DNA from: an uncultured Mycoplasmatota bacterium
GTDB lineage: Bacteria; Bacillota_I; Bacilli_A; RF39; UBA660
Direction of reading: 5' to 3'
Assembly: GCA_946488855.1 (NCBI GenBank)
Contig: CAMLWC010000002.1
Span: 7,292 to 71,291 of the forward strand
Length of the DNA: 64,000 nucleotides
Part shown: one piece after another, positions 55,254-64,000 of the stretch
Layout of the letters: every line of letters starts with the position of its first letter
Numbering within the stretch: position 1 is the stretch's first letter
Notes under the pieces: model-generated
The model's database searches: none
Seen by the model: the letters and a program-made list of their open reading frames with translations, nothing else
Told to the model about the DNA's origin: nothing
Translations under genes and position numbers: made by a program

Positions 55254-55536
55254 ACTTTATCAAAATTTTATCAGTGATCAATTCACCATAATCTTTTTTC
55301 ATTAATTCTATACTAAAATCATAGTATCTATTTTTAAAAACATTAAATAAATCAATATTTTCATATATTTTATCTTTATTTAACATATCAGGAAATAATC
55401 TAAAACCATCTTTTATTGCTTTATCAATACAATTATTATTATATTTAAAATACCATAATTTATCATAAACTAAAAAGCCAATTACATATTTAACTGTTTC
55501 GTCATAATTACGCCATATAACATAAAATACTTCCAT
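55237..55536 (-). CDS. Hypothetical 99-aa protein, overlapping partner of the HipA-like ORF
   Basis: 17-nt overlap with the downstream ORF. No motif recognised. Confidence 0.35.
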   Translation of the reverse strand: MEVFYVIWRNYDETVKYVIGFLVYDKLWYFKYNNNCIDKAIKDGFRLFPDMLNKDKIYENIDLFNVFKNRYYDFSIELMKKDYGELITDKILIKYERER

Positions 55537-55539
55537 AAA

Positions 55540-56877
55540 TCACCTCAAATTGTTGATTACTCTTTTAAAGTCATCTCCTCTATCTTCAAATTTCTCATAT
55601 TGATCCCAAGAAGCACAAGCTGGACTTAATAATATAACATCATCTTCTTTAGAATTATTGTAGGCTAAAATTGTAGATTCTTCTAAATTATCTTTTTTAT
55701 AGCAAACTATATTATTTTTATTACAAAAATCTAATATTCTATCTTTAGTTTGCCCATAACATACAACAAATTTTACATTTTTCATATGTGGTAATAACTC
55801 ATCAAAGGAATGTCCTCTATCTAATCCACCTAATAATAAAATAGTTGGTTTTTTAAATGATTCCAAAGCAATAATTGTTGAAGTTACATTAGTAGCTTTA
55901 GAATCATTATAAAATTCTCTTTTATTTAACTCTTTAACAAATTCCAATCTATGTTCAACACCTGTAAATTTAGTCAACACATCTTTAATAACTTCATTAG
56001 AAACATTAAATTGTTTTGCTACTACAATTGCGCACATAATATTTTCATAATTATGATTACCCTTTAATTTGATATCATCTAACTTAATAATTTCTTCATT
56101 ATAATAAATCGCATCATTTTTAATACAAATATCACAATCTTTAGAAGAAGAAAAATAAACCTTTTTAGAATTAATATCATTAGTCAAATCTAAAACATCT
56201 TGATTACCACCATTTAAAATAGCTAAATCTAAATTAGTATGATGATTAAATATTTTTTTCTTACATCTTTTGTAGTTTTCATATGTTTTAAAATGATCTA
56301 GATGAACTGGAGTTAAATTAGTTAAAACACCAATATCTGTTTTAAAATCATAAAAATCATGTAGTTGTTGAGCAGATAATTCAATTACAATTATTTCGTT
56401 TTCTTTTAATTCATTTAATAAAGAACACATAGGAAATCCTATATTACCACCCAAATGAACTGGCAAATTAGCATGTTTTAATATTTCATAAGTTAATGTT
56501 GTAGTTGTAGTCTTACCATTACTACCAGTTATAGCTATTATTTTAGTATTTTTTGGCAAATAATGATAAGCTACTTCTAATTCATTAATAACAGGTATAT
56601 TTAATTCATTTGCTTTTAAACAAACTTTATGATCCACTTTTATACCTGGATTTTTAACAACATAAGAAAAACTATTATCTAACAATTCTTCTGGTTTATC
56701 TGTTATTATTAAATTAATACCTAATTCTTTTAATTCATTTACTTTTTCTTCATCTTGTTCTTTCATATCAGTAATTAAAATTTCACAATTATGTTTAGCT
56801 AAAACTTTAGCTACTTCATAACCAGATCTTGCCATACCTAATATGAATATTTTCTTATTGTCATACATTTTTATCAC
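55540..56877 (-). CDS. murD: UDP-N-acetylmuramoyl-L-alanine--D-glutamate ligase
   Basis: N-terminal Rossmann GMARSG, Mur ligase P-loop GSNGKTTTTTL, and a C-terminal domain ending ..SPACASWDQYEKFEDRGDDF. Confidence 0.92.
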   Translation of the reverse strand: MIKMYDNKKIFILGMARSGYEVAKVLAKHNCEILITDMKEQDEEKVNELKELGINLIITDKPEELLDNSFSYVVKNPGIKVDHKVCLKANELNIPVINELEVAYHYLPKNTKIIAITGSNGKTTTTTLTYEILKHANLPVHLGGNIGFPMCSLLNELKENEIIVIELSAQQLHDFYDFKTDIGVLTNLTPVHLDHFKTYENYKRCKKKIFNHHTNLDLAILNGGNQDVLDLTNDINSKKVYFSSSKDCDICIKNDAIYYNEEIIKLDDIKLKGNHNYENIMCAIVVAKQFNVSNEVIKDVLTKFTGVEHRLEFVKELNKREFYNDSKATNVTSTIIALESFKKPTILLLGGLDRGHSFDELLPHMKNVKFVVCYGQTKDRILDFCNKNNIVCYKKDNLEESTILAYNNSKEDDVILLSPACASWDQYEKFEDRGDDFKRVINNLR

Positions 56878-56941
56878 CTACTAACATTATATCATTATTT
56901 ATTATAAAATATAAAAAAATTGTAATATTTCATACAATTTT

Positions 56942-57385
56942 TTACAAATTATTTAATCTTTCTTTAACTAATTTATTAACTAAAGACATATCGGCTTTAC
57001 CTTTAAGTAATGGTGAAATTTTACCCATAACTTTTCCTGTGTCAGCAGCACTAGTTGGATTTACTTCATTAAATACTTCTTCAATTACTTTATTTATTTC
57101 TTCTTCACTCATCATAGCAGGCATATATTTTTCTAATATAGAAATTTCCTTTTCTGTTTGTTTAATTAATTCTGTTCTACCACTTTTTTCTAAATCAGAG
57201 ATAGTTTCTTTTCTTGTTTTTATTTGTTTAGAAATTACAGCTACTACTTCTTCATCAGTTAATTCTCTTTTTTTACTAATTTCTTCTAATTGAATAGCAC
57301 CTTTAACCATTCTTACAACATTAAGTAAATCTTTATTTTGATTTTTCATCGCATTTTTCAAGTCAATTAATATTCTTTCTTTCAT
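56942..57385 (-). CDS. GatB/YqeY-domain protein
   Basis: MKERILIDLKNAMKNQNKDLLNVVRMVKGAIQ..EEVVAVISKQIKTRKE is the typical YqeY pattern. It sits next to rpsU, as in many Bacillota. Confidence 0.85.
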   Translation of the reverse strand: MKERILIDLKNAMKNQNKDLLNVVRMVKGAIQLEEISKKRELTDEEVVAVISKQIKTRKETISDLEKSGRTELIKQTEKEISILEKYMPAMMSEEEINKVIEEVFNEVNPTSAADTGKVMGKISPLLKGKADMSLVNKLVKERLNNL

Positions 57386-57420
57386 ATTTTTCCCTTCCTA
57401 TTTAAAAAAGCCCAAAAGGC

Positions 57421-57612
57421 TTAATTATAATTTCTTTCACGACGACGACTATTTTTAATAGCTTCTTTTTTAGCTTCTCTTCTTCTTTCTCCAGGTTTAC
57501 TATAGTGTTCTCTTTTTCTTACTTCTTTTAGGAGGCCATCTTTAACATTTTTTTGTTTAAACATTTTTAATGCACCATCAACATTACCATTTTTAACTAC
57601 AACTTTTGACAT
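57421..57612 (-). CDS. rpsU: 30S ribosomal protein S21
   Basis: GGAAGGAGGGA RBS, ATG at 57612. MSKVVVKNGNVDGALKMFKQK..KREHYSKPGERRREAKKEA. Confidence 0.92.
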   Translation of the reverse strand: MSKVVVKNGNVDGALKMFKQKNVKDGLLKEVRKREHYSKPGERRREAKKEAIKNSRRRERNYN

Positions 57613-57860
57613 ATGATCCCTCCTTCCACACAACTACTTGTGATTATATCACTTTTTTCTTTGTTTTACAATAGTTTTTAATCAAAATAAATAAAAAAGA
57701 ATGATTTTCATCACTCTTTTACATTGGACAAGAAGTTAAACACCTAATAGAAGAACCTACTAAATTTCCAAACTTAAATATAATTTCTACACATATAGGA
57801 AATAGAGGCAATAAACAAACTATTATAATAGCTAATATAATTTGTTTATAATAACTTTTT

Positions 57861-58023
57861 ATTATACTGGACACATCGAACCTGATATAGCTCTTCTAAT
57901 AGCACTTCCTAAACTTCTTCCCACGTCCATTATTGCATTAATTCCTTTATAAATTGAACTTAACAAACTTCCTGTAATATTAATTCCGCCAACTATTTGT
58001 AACAATTCTTCTTTTTCTAACAT
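57861..58023 (-). pseudogene. Double-glycine-leader bacteriocin precursor, apparently frameshifted
   Basis: GGAGGTG RBS, ATG at 58023. As written it encodes MLEKEELLQIVGG-INITGSLLKFNL with a stop at 57946-57948. Removing one A in TTAAAG (about 57958-57961) restores a 53-aa precursor that continues SSIYKGINAIMDVGRSLGSAIRRAISGSMCPV to the TAA at 57861. Confidence 0.55.
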
Positions 58024-58033
58024 AATACACCTC

Positions 58034-58168
58034 CTAGTTACATTTAAGTGGTCTTATATAACCATCAATTACACCGATTAAAAATATAACACCGGCTCCA
58101 ATTAACAAACCTAAACCTAAGCCACCACCTGATATTTTTTTTAATTCTTTATTTTCTAACCTTTCCAT
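58034..58168 (-). CDS. Double-glycine-leader class II bacteriocin precursor (44 aa)
   Basis: Codon-by-codon hand translation gives MERLENKELKKISGG-GLGLGLLIGAGVIFLIGVIDGYIRPLKCN. The leader ends in GG. The mature part is hydrophobic with GxxxG repeats. It lies immediately downstream of the C39-ABC exporter and accessory gene. Confidence 0.7.
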   Translation of the reverse strand: MERLENKELKKISGGGLGLGLLIGAGVIFLIGVIDGYIRPLKCN

Positions 58169-58614
58169 TTCTCAAACCCTTTCCTTAATTGTTGATAAAT
58201 TGTTGTTTTACTATTTTTTAAAACTATATCAATAATATTATTTTCAATTTTATATTCTTCTTTTAAATCGAAATCTAATATTACTTGATAACACAATTTA
58301 TTATTTACTGCAAAATATTCTTCACTTATTGAAACAACTTTAAAACTATATTCTTCATTATCAATTAATAAATTACTTTTAGATAATTCATTTACATTAT
58401 CTTTTTCAACATATATAATAGTATAAAATGAATTATCTATTTTTTTTACATATCCAAAATATGATTGATACAAATAATACTCATATTTTAAAGAAATAAT
58501 TATAAATGTAATAAAACTAATAACTAATAATATTATCCATAAAATAATTGATGGTGAAGATTTTTTATTAATAATATAAGAGAAGTTATTATATATTTTT
58601 GGATAAATCATCAA
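58156..58614 (-). CDS. Small membrane protein, possible bacteriocin export accessory protein
   Basis: 152 aa with one N-terminal TM helix followed by a beta-rich domain. It overlaps both the ABC exporter gene and the bacteriocin gene. It is much shorter than LcnD/ComB-type proteins, so the assignment rests mostly on position. Confidence 0.35.
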   Translation of the reverse strand: MMIYPKIYNNFSYIINKKSSPSIILWIILLVISFITFIIISLKYEYYLYQSYFGYVKKIDNSFYTIIYVEKDNVNELSKSNLLIDNEEYSFKVVSISEEYFAVNNKLCYQVILDFDLKEEYKIENNIIDIVLKNSKTTIYQQLRKGFEKWKG

Positions 58615-60625
58615 TTATTTTTCCTTTCTCTATTTTTATAACTTGATTAAATAAATCAATATTATCTAATCTATGTGATATAAAAATTATTGTTTTATCT
58701 TTATATTCTTTTAAAATATTTTTTATAATTATTCTTTCCATATTTGTATCAACTTGATTTAATCCTTCATCTATTATTAAAATATCAAAAGGATTTACTA
58801 AAGCACGACCTAAAATAATTCTTTGTTTCTCACCACCTGATAAATTAAAACCATTTTCTTCAATTAAAGTTTTATATCCTAATTGTGTTTTTTTTACTAT
58901 TTCATCAATCAAACATATTTTAGATACTTTATAAATATCGTTACCAATATTGTTCTCGATTGTATCAGAAAATAAAATTTCATTTTGTGACACATAAACA
59001 ATATTATTTAATTTATAATCGTTAATATCAATACCATTAATATATACTTTATCTCTTTTGATTTCATAGTGCTGTTTTAAAATTTTAAATAAAGTACTTT
59101 TCCCACTACCACTACTTCCTAATACCATAACTTTATTTTTATTTTTTATTGTTAAATTGATATCTGATAATACATTATTAACATCATCAAAACTATAACT
59201 TAAATTTTTAAATACTATATCTCCTACTATAGCATTAGTTTGAATACTATTTTTTTTATAATATAAATATAATATTTTTTTTATAGATATTTTAGCTTGT
59301 TTTAAATTATTATCTAAATCAATAATACTTCTAATAGGACTTAAAAAATAAACGAGTAATGAATTAAATGATAATAATGTACCAATTGTTATTTTGTTAT
59401 CCATTACTAAAATAATGCCTACTAATATAATGATTAAAAAACCAATATTATTTATTAATTCTTTTAGTAAATACTGATAATTATAACTTTCATCTAATTC
59501 ACATATTTTATTAGAATAAGTAGCATATTTATCTTCAAAATTATGAATAATTTTATTTTCCATATTACATCCTTTTATTGTTTCATAGCCATTAATTGAT
59601 TCAACCATATAAGATGTAACAGAAGCTTTATTTAATGTTGCTTCATCAATTAAATCATTAAACTTATTTTTAAATATAACAATTATAAATAAATATAAAA
59701 GCATAATTATCAAACTTATAAAAAATAAAGTATTATTTAATATATACATAATTATTAAAGATAAAATAGTGAGCGGTAAATCGATAAATAAACTTAAAGA
59801 TACTTTAGAAATAACTTGCCTTACAGCTTCTAAATCATTTATCTTTGATATTATTTCTCCAGTTGTATTATTTTTATAGTAACGATAAGGGAGATTAATA
59901 ATTTGTTTAAAAGTATTAAAAGTAAGATTAAAATCAACTTTTTGATTAATTAAAATTAATATTTTATTTCTAAAAAAATCAGATATTATTTTTAACAGAT
60001 AAATAATCAAAAACAATATAAATATAAGTATAATTTTTTGCTTAGAAAACATAATGTTGTCTATCATATATTGCATATAAAATGATGTGATAATAGAAAA
60101 AATTGTAATAAAAATAGATATAAAAATAACTTGAATTAATTGTTTTGTTGAGGATTTAATTATTTCTAAAATAAATTTTATAAATGAGTTATTAGGGGTA
60201 TTTATTATTTTTTTTATAGGGTATAAATAAATTAGTATATTATTAAAAATTTTATCGAATTCTGTATACGAGCAATATTTATGTTTTCCAATTGGATCAT
60301 TTACCAATATTCTTTTCTTTTTAAAATCTATTTTTTCAATTACAACATAATGATTGTAGGAGTTATTTATAATTACATGGGCAATACATGGAAGAATTAC
60401 ATTTTCTTTTTTTAAATCATTTAAATTACATTTAATTCCATAACTTTCAAAACCAAGTTTTTTACTTGCTTCAATTAAATGATAAGCCGTAGTTCCAAAT
60501 TTATCAGTTTTACACATTTCTTTTAATTCATTAATATCAACATATCCTTTATAATGTTTTATTATATTAAGTAAACAACTTGGGCCACAATCTTTAAAAC
60601 CTTCTTGCTTAATTCTTTTAAACAC
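58589..60625 (-). CDS. Bacteriocin-processing ABC transporter with N-terminal C39 peptidase domain
   Basis: C39 catalytic Cys (QEGFKDCGPSCLLNII), His (NHYVVIEK) and Asp (VNDPIG). Six-TM domain. Walker A GSSGSGKST, signature LSGGEKQR, Walker B ILIIDEGLNQVD. Confidence 0.9.
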   Translation of the reverse strand: MFKRIKQEGFKDCGPSCLLNIIKHYKGYVDINELKEMCKTDKFGTTAYHLIEASKKLGFESYGIKCNLNDLKKENVILPCIAHVIINNSYNHYVVIEKIDFKKKRILVNDPIGKHKYCSYTEFDKIFNNILIYLYPIKKIINTPNNSFIKFILEIIKSSTKQLIQVIFISIFITIFSIITSFYMQYMIDNIMFSKQKIILIFILFLIIYLLKIISDFFRNKILILINQKVDFNLTFNTFKQIINLPYRYYKNNTTGEIISKINDLEAVRQVISKVSLSLFIDLPLTILSLIIMYILNNTLFFISLIIMLLYLFIIVIFKNKFNDLIDEATLNKASVTSYMVESINGYETIKGCNMENKIIHNFEDKYATYSNKICELDESYNYQYLLKELINNIGFLIIILVGIILVMDNKITIGTLLSFNSLLVYFLSPIRSIIDLDNNLKQAKISIKKILYLYYKKNSIQTNAIVGDIVFKNLSYSFDDVNNVLSDINLTIKNKNKVMVLGSSGSGKSTLFKILKQHYEIKRDKVYINGIDINDYKLNNIVYVSQNEILFSDTIENNIGNDIYKVSKICLIDEIVKKTQLGYKTLIEENGFNLSGGEKQRIILGRALVNPFDILIIDEGLNQVDTNMERIIIKNILKEYKDKTIIFISHRLDNIDLFNQVIKIEKGKIIDDLSKNI

Positions 60626-60713
60626 TTTTTTACCTCCCTACTAGTTATATTAGACAAAAGTATTATGAATTCCTGCAAGAAAATAAAAAAAATTGCATTT
60701 TTTTGCAATTTTA

Positions 60714-61430
60714 TTAAACATTAGCAACATTATGATATACATTAGATACATCTTCAACATCATCTAACATAGTTAATAATTTTTTAAATAAATCTAAATC
60801 TTCACCACTTAATTCAACTTTTTCCTTAGCTAACATAGTTATTTCATCCATATCAAAAGTAACATTAGGTAATACTTTAGTTATACTTTCTTTTATTTTA
60901 AATAAATCTTGAGGATCACCATAAATAACAATACCATCATCTTCTTCAATATCTTTAACATCAACATCATTTTCAATTAAAGCATTAATAGTATCATCCA
61001 TACTTAATCCTTTAAAACTTACAATACATAAATTATCATAATTATAAGAAACACTACCAACATTACCCATTTTAATATGACATTTATTAACTACAGCTCT
61101 TAATTCACTAACACTTCTATTAACATTGTCAGTTAAACATTCAACAATTAAAGTTGAACCACTTGGACCAAATAATTCATATGTATTTTTAATATAATTT
61201 TCATCTATACCACTATTTACTTTATCAATAGCTCTTTTAATAATATCAGATGGTACTTGTTCTTTCTTAGCTCTTTCTACCAATCTTTTTAAAGATGCAT
61301 TAGCTTCTAAACTAGTTCCACCATTTTTAGCTGCTTGATATATTTCTTTAGCATACATACTATAGATTTTACCACGTGCTGCTCCTGTTTTTTGAATACT
61401 TGCTTTTCTTACTTCATAAGCTCTTCCCAT
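60714..61430 (-). CDS. YebC/PmpR-family transcriptional regulator
   Basis: MGRAYEVRKASIQKTGAARGKIYSMYAKEIY.. with family size and architecture (238 aa). Confidence 0.8.
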   Translation of the reverse strand: MGRAYEVRKASIQKTGAARGKIYSMYAKEIYQAAKNGGTSLEANASLKRLVERAKKEQVPSDIIKRAIDKVNSGIDENYIKNTYELFGPSGSTLIVECLTDNVNRSVSELRAVVNKCHIKMGNVGSVSYNYDNLCIVSFKGLSMDDTINALIENDVDVKDIEEDDGIVIYGDPQDLFKIKESITKVLPNVTFDMDEITMLAKEKVELSGEDLDLFKKLLTMLDDVEDVSNVYHNVANV

Positions 61431-61457
61431 TTCAAATCACCTTTCTATATTTTACAT

Positions 61458-62471
61458 TTATTTTATTATTTTATCAATACCTAAAGTTTCAAAAATATCA
61501 AATTCAAATGGTTTTAATTCTATATTCATATATTCTTCACCTTCAAAAGGAACTGATACAATTTCAATATTTGAAAAATGATAACACAATCTAAAAAAAT
61601 TTCTAATAAATTTTTGAGTTAAATTATTTTGAATTCGTAAATGTTCGTCTTGATAAAATTTAATTAATTCCTGTTTTTGTATTTCATTTAAATTATCTTT
61701 TTTTGTTAAATAATCAATTTTATTTTTATACGCTTTCTTTTTAGCATTATACCTTACTGGCAAAAAAGGTACCACTTTAACATTATTTATATTTTTATCT
61801 AATAATTCTTTAAAAAACAAACTTAATACCAAAATAGCACTTGGTGAAACATCGCTAATATTTTCTGGATAATAGTTGCTTTCTCCTTTTTTATATTGTT
61901 CATATTCAACACTTTCTTTAATACCACTATTCATTTTATACAAAATTCTTTTTATCTTTTTACTAAAACTAGAAGATTTATCTTTATTCTTATCTTGTAC
62001 AGCATAGATATAACATATTCCATTATCTATTCCATAATATACAAGTGGTAATTCATATTCATAATTATTTTCTACTATAGTTACTTTAAAGCAATAAGGA
62101 GTTTCTTGAAAAGATTCTAATATTGAAATTTTTATTTTGGTTTCTAAGTAATTATATTCGCGGGCACTCAATATTTTATTTTTTACAAACATTATATTTC
62201 TTCTTATATATTCTAAAATATTATCATAATCAGTAAAAGTTAAATTAGAAAACAAATAAATTAATTTTATATATATTTCATCTATACTTTGAATTTGAAA
62301 TAATCTAAGAAATTCATTAATATAATTATATAACAATTTTTTATCTTTTATGTTTATGTTTACATATTCACTAGTTCCTTTTAAAGATAATTGTAAATTA
62401 TAATATATTTCACCAACTTGTACCTTTCCCTTTTCACATTGTTCAAAAAAAGAATCTAATATTTTATCCAT
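61458..62471 (-). CDS. Hypothetical protein, 337 aa
   Basis: 8-nt overlap with rnc upstream. No motif recognised. Confidence 0.45.
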   Translation of the reverse strand: MDKILDSFFEQCEKGKVQVGEIYYNLQLSLKGTSEYVNINIKDKKLLYNYINEFLRLFQIQSIDEIYIKLIYLFSNLTFTDYDNILEYIRRNIMFVKNKILSAREYNYLETKIKISILESFQETPYCFKVTIVENNYEYELPLVYYGIDNGICYIYAVQDKNKDKSSSFSKKIKRILYKMNSGIKESVEYEQYKKGESNYYPENISDVSPSAILVLSLFFKELLDKNINNVKVVPFLPVRYNAKKKAYKNKIDYLTKKDNLNEIQKQELIKFYQDEHLRIQNNLTQKFIRNFFRLCYHFSNIEIVSVPFEGEEYMNIELKPFEFDIFETLGIDKIIK

Positions 62472-63129
62472 TTTGAGCCTTCTTTAAAGCATCATGAGCA
62501 GCTTTTTGTTCAGCTTCCTTTTTACTATGAGCAATACCTTCACCATATATAATATCATCTATTTTAACTATTACTTTAAATGTTTTATTATGAGCAGGTC
62601 CAAACTCATCTACTACAACATATTCTAATGATCTTTTATCCGTTTGAACTAATTCTTGTAAAACAGATTTATAATCATTATCAAATTCTATTTCTTTATT
62701 TTCAATTAATGGTATAACATTGTCATAAATAAATTTTTTAACAGTTTCAAATCCCAAATCTAAATACATAGCACCAATAAAAGCTTCAAATATATCAGCA
62801 ACAATTGCTTTTCTATATCTTCCACCATTTTCTTCTTCACCATGGCCTAATCTTAAATATTTATTTAAATTTAATCTTTTGGCATATTCAAAATTAGCAT
62901 CTTCACAAACATATTTAGCTCGTAATTTAGTCATAATACCTTCTTCAAATGTAGTATTTTTATATAAATATTCACTGATAACCAATTCCATAACAGCGTC
63001 ACCCAAATATTCTAATCTTTCATAACTTTTTTCATTATTTTCATTAGCAAATGAAGTATGAGTAAGAGCTGTTAAATATAACTTTTCATTATTATAATTT
63101 ATTTTTAAATCATCTAATAGTTTCATCAA
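62464..63129 (-). CDS. rnc: Ribonuclease III
   Basis: RNase III signature [13 protein letters not shown] and a C-terminal dsRBD (..[38 protein letters not shown]). Confidence 0.95.
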   Translation of the reverse strand: MMKLLDDLKINYNNEKLYLTALTHTSFANENNEKSYERLEYLGDAVMELVISEYLYKNTTFEEGIMTKLRAKYVCEDANFEYAKRLNLNKYLRLGHGEEENGGRYRKAIVADIFEAFIGAMYLDLGFETVKKFIYDNVIPLIENKEIEFDNDYKSVLQELVQTDKRSLEYVVVDEFGPAHNKTFKVIVKIDDIIYGEGIAHSKKEAEQKAAHDALKKAQNG

Positions 63130-63190
63130 ATCACCACATCTATTATACTATAAATTTATTAAAAATAAAATTTACTTTTTACTTTTTTTA

Positions 63191-63427
63191 ATGTATAATT
63201 ATTGTATGAAATATTTTTTATTAGGATTTATCAAAACATATCAAATGATACCAGGACCTTGGCATAATTGTTGTAGGCACACTCCTACTTGCTCAAATTA
63301 TGGTATTGAAGCAATAATTAAACATGGTTCTTTTAAAGGAAGTATCTTAACTATTAAAAGAATAATTAGGTGTAACCCATTTGGTAGTTGTGGTTATGAT
63401 CCAGTACCAGAGAGGAGAAAAAAATGA
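63191..63427 (+). CDS. yidD: Membrane protein insertion efficiency factor YidD
   Basis: [19 protein letters not shown] and RCNPF motifs. 78 aa (a later ATG at 63206 is also possible). Confidence 0.9.
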   Translation: MYNYCMKYFLLGFIKTYQMIPGPWHNCCRHTPTCSNYGIEAIIKHGSFKGSILTIKRIIRCNPFGSCGYDPVPERRKK

Positions 63428-64000
63428 AAAAAATTATTTTATTAATTATTAGTATTTTATGTTTAACAGGATGTTTCAAAAGAGACACTATGGAAGGGAT
63501 AAATATTTATACAACAATATATCCTATTACCTATATAACTGAAAGATTATATGGTGATTATAGTAATATAGAAAGTATTTATCCTAATGGCGTTAATGTT
63601 CAGTTAGAAAAATGTGAAGAATGTGACAACTTATTATATACGTTAACTGACAAACAATTAAGTGATTATAGTAAAACTGATTTATTTATATTTAATTCAT
63701 TATTATATGAAGGTGAATATGTTAAACCGATGTTTGAAAATAATAAAAATCTAAAAATAATTAATGCTACAGATAATTTAACTATGGAAGAATTTTATGG
63801 TTTAGAAGAAATTTGGTTTGATCCATCAAGATTATTAACAGTAGCTAGAAATATAAAAAATGGATTAGATGAATATGTTACTAATTATTATTTAAAACAA
63901 AATATTGAAAATAATTTTAACACCTTAAAAGAAGAGTTAGATAAAATTGGTTCTAAGTTAGCTGATACGACTAAAGAAGCAACTAATAAAATATTGGTTA
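63424..64000 (+). CDS. Lipoprotein, putative metal ABC-transporter substrate-binding protein (ZnuA/TroA-like), 5' partial in window
   Basis: ATGA overlap with yidD. Signal plus lipobox [26 protein letters not shown] resembles the N-terminal strand pattern of cluster-9 metal SBPs. The ORF runs off the window end. Confidence 0.45.
   Translation, partial: MKKIILLIISILCLTGCFKRDTMEGINIYTTIYPITYITERLYGDYSNIESIYPNGVNVQLEKCEECDNLLYTLTDKQLSDYSKTDLFIFNSLLYEGEYVKPMFENNKNLKIINATDNLTMEEFYGLEEIWFDPSRLLTVARNIKNGLDEYVTNYYLKQNIENNFNTLKEELDKIGSKLADTTKEATNKILV

Noticed and set aside
57719-57844. Small hydrophobic reading frame (..ILAIIIVCLLPLFPICVEIIFKFGNLVGSSIRCLTSCPM) just downstream of the bacteriocin genes, initially considered an immunity protein.
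   Set aside because: Careful codon-by-codon reading shows a TAA at 57845-57847 immediately upstream. There is no ATG/GTG/TTG start within the frame. It cannot be called a gene as the sequence stands, although it might be another frameshifted remnant.

Overview
AT-rich, standard-code, Bacillota-like chromosomal segment. Spot counts on 60-nt samples give roughly 23-35% GC. Almost all genes are on the minus strand. I saw no rRNA, tRNA or CRISPR array. The window falls into three blocks.

(1) 1-21.6 kb: two tandem integrative elements sit in a class B penicillin-binding protein gene, exactly at its SxN motif. Each element begins with the same 27-nt core followed by a paralogous gene. The inner element (about 4.95-20.56 kb) ends in a decayed large serine recombinase. 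It carries an orphan small-molecule cluster of about 13 kb: aminotransferase, two ATP-grasp ligases, an amino-acid ABC importer, radical SAM/SPASM, a phosphorylase-fold protein, a nucleotidyltransferase, two APH-type kinases, two Nudix proteins, a HAD phosphatase and a LysR regulator. The outer element carries a cadC-HMA-cadA metal operon and a dead IS605-family tnpB copy.

(2) 22.2-47.3 kb is the most unusual part, a roughly 25-kb extracellular-fibre supercluster. It has three SipW-type (ER/archaeal-type) signal peptidase paralogues and at least ten proteins with SipW-cognate-like signal peptides. These include an expanded 350-470 aa 'STYAWF' family present as a duplicated operon. One transcription unit encodes a membrane-tethered McrB-like GTPase and a nuclease-less McrC-like partner between two of the peptidases. 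Perfect Spo0A-box heptamers (TGTCGAA) sit at all four promoters of the locus. An intact tnpB element with a conserved omega-RNA-like tail lies inside it.

(3) 47.4-64 kb is core genome: secreted thermonuclease, an SOS-boxed divergent lexA locus with a small membrane protein, ftsK, eno, PEBP, murD, rpsU, yebC-family, rnc, yidD and a partial metal-binding lipoprotein. It also holds an unannotated two-peptide double-glycine bacteriocin locus with its C39-peptidase ABC exporter.

All functional calls rest on motifs read by eye from the translations. No database search was run.
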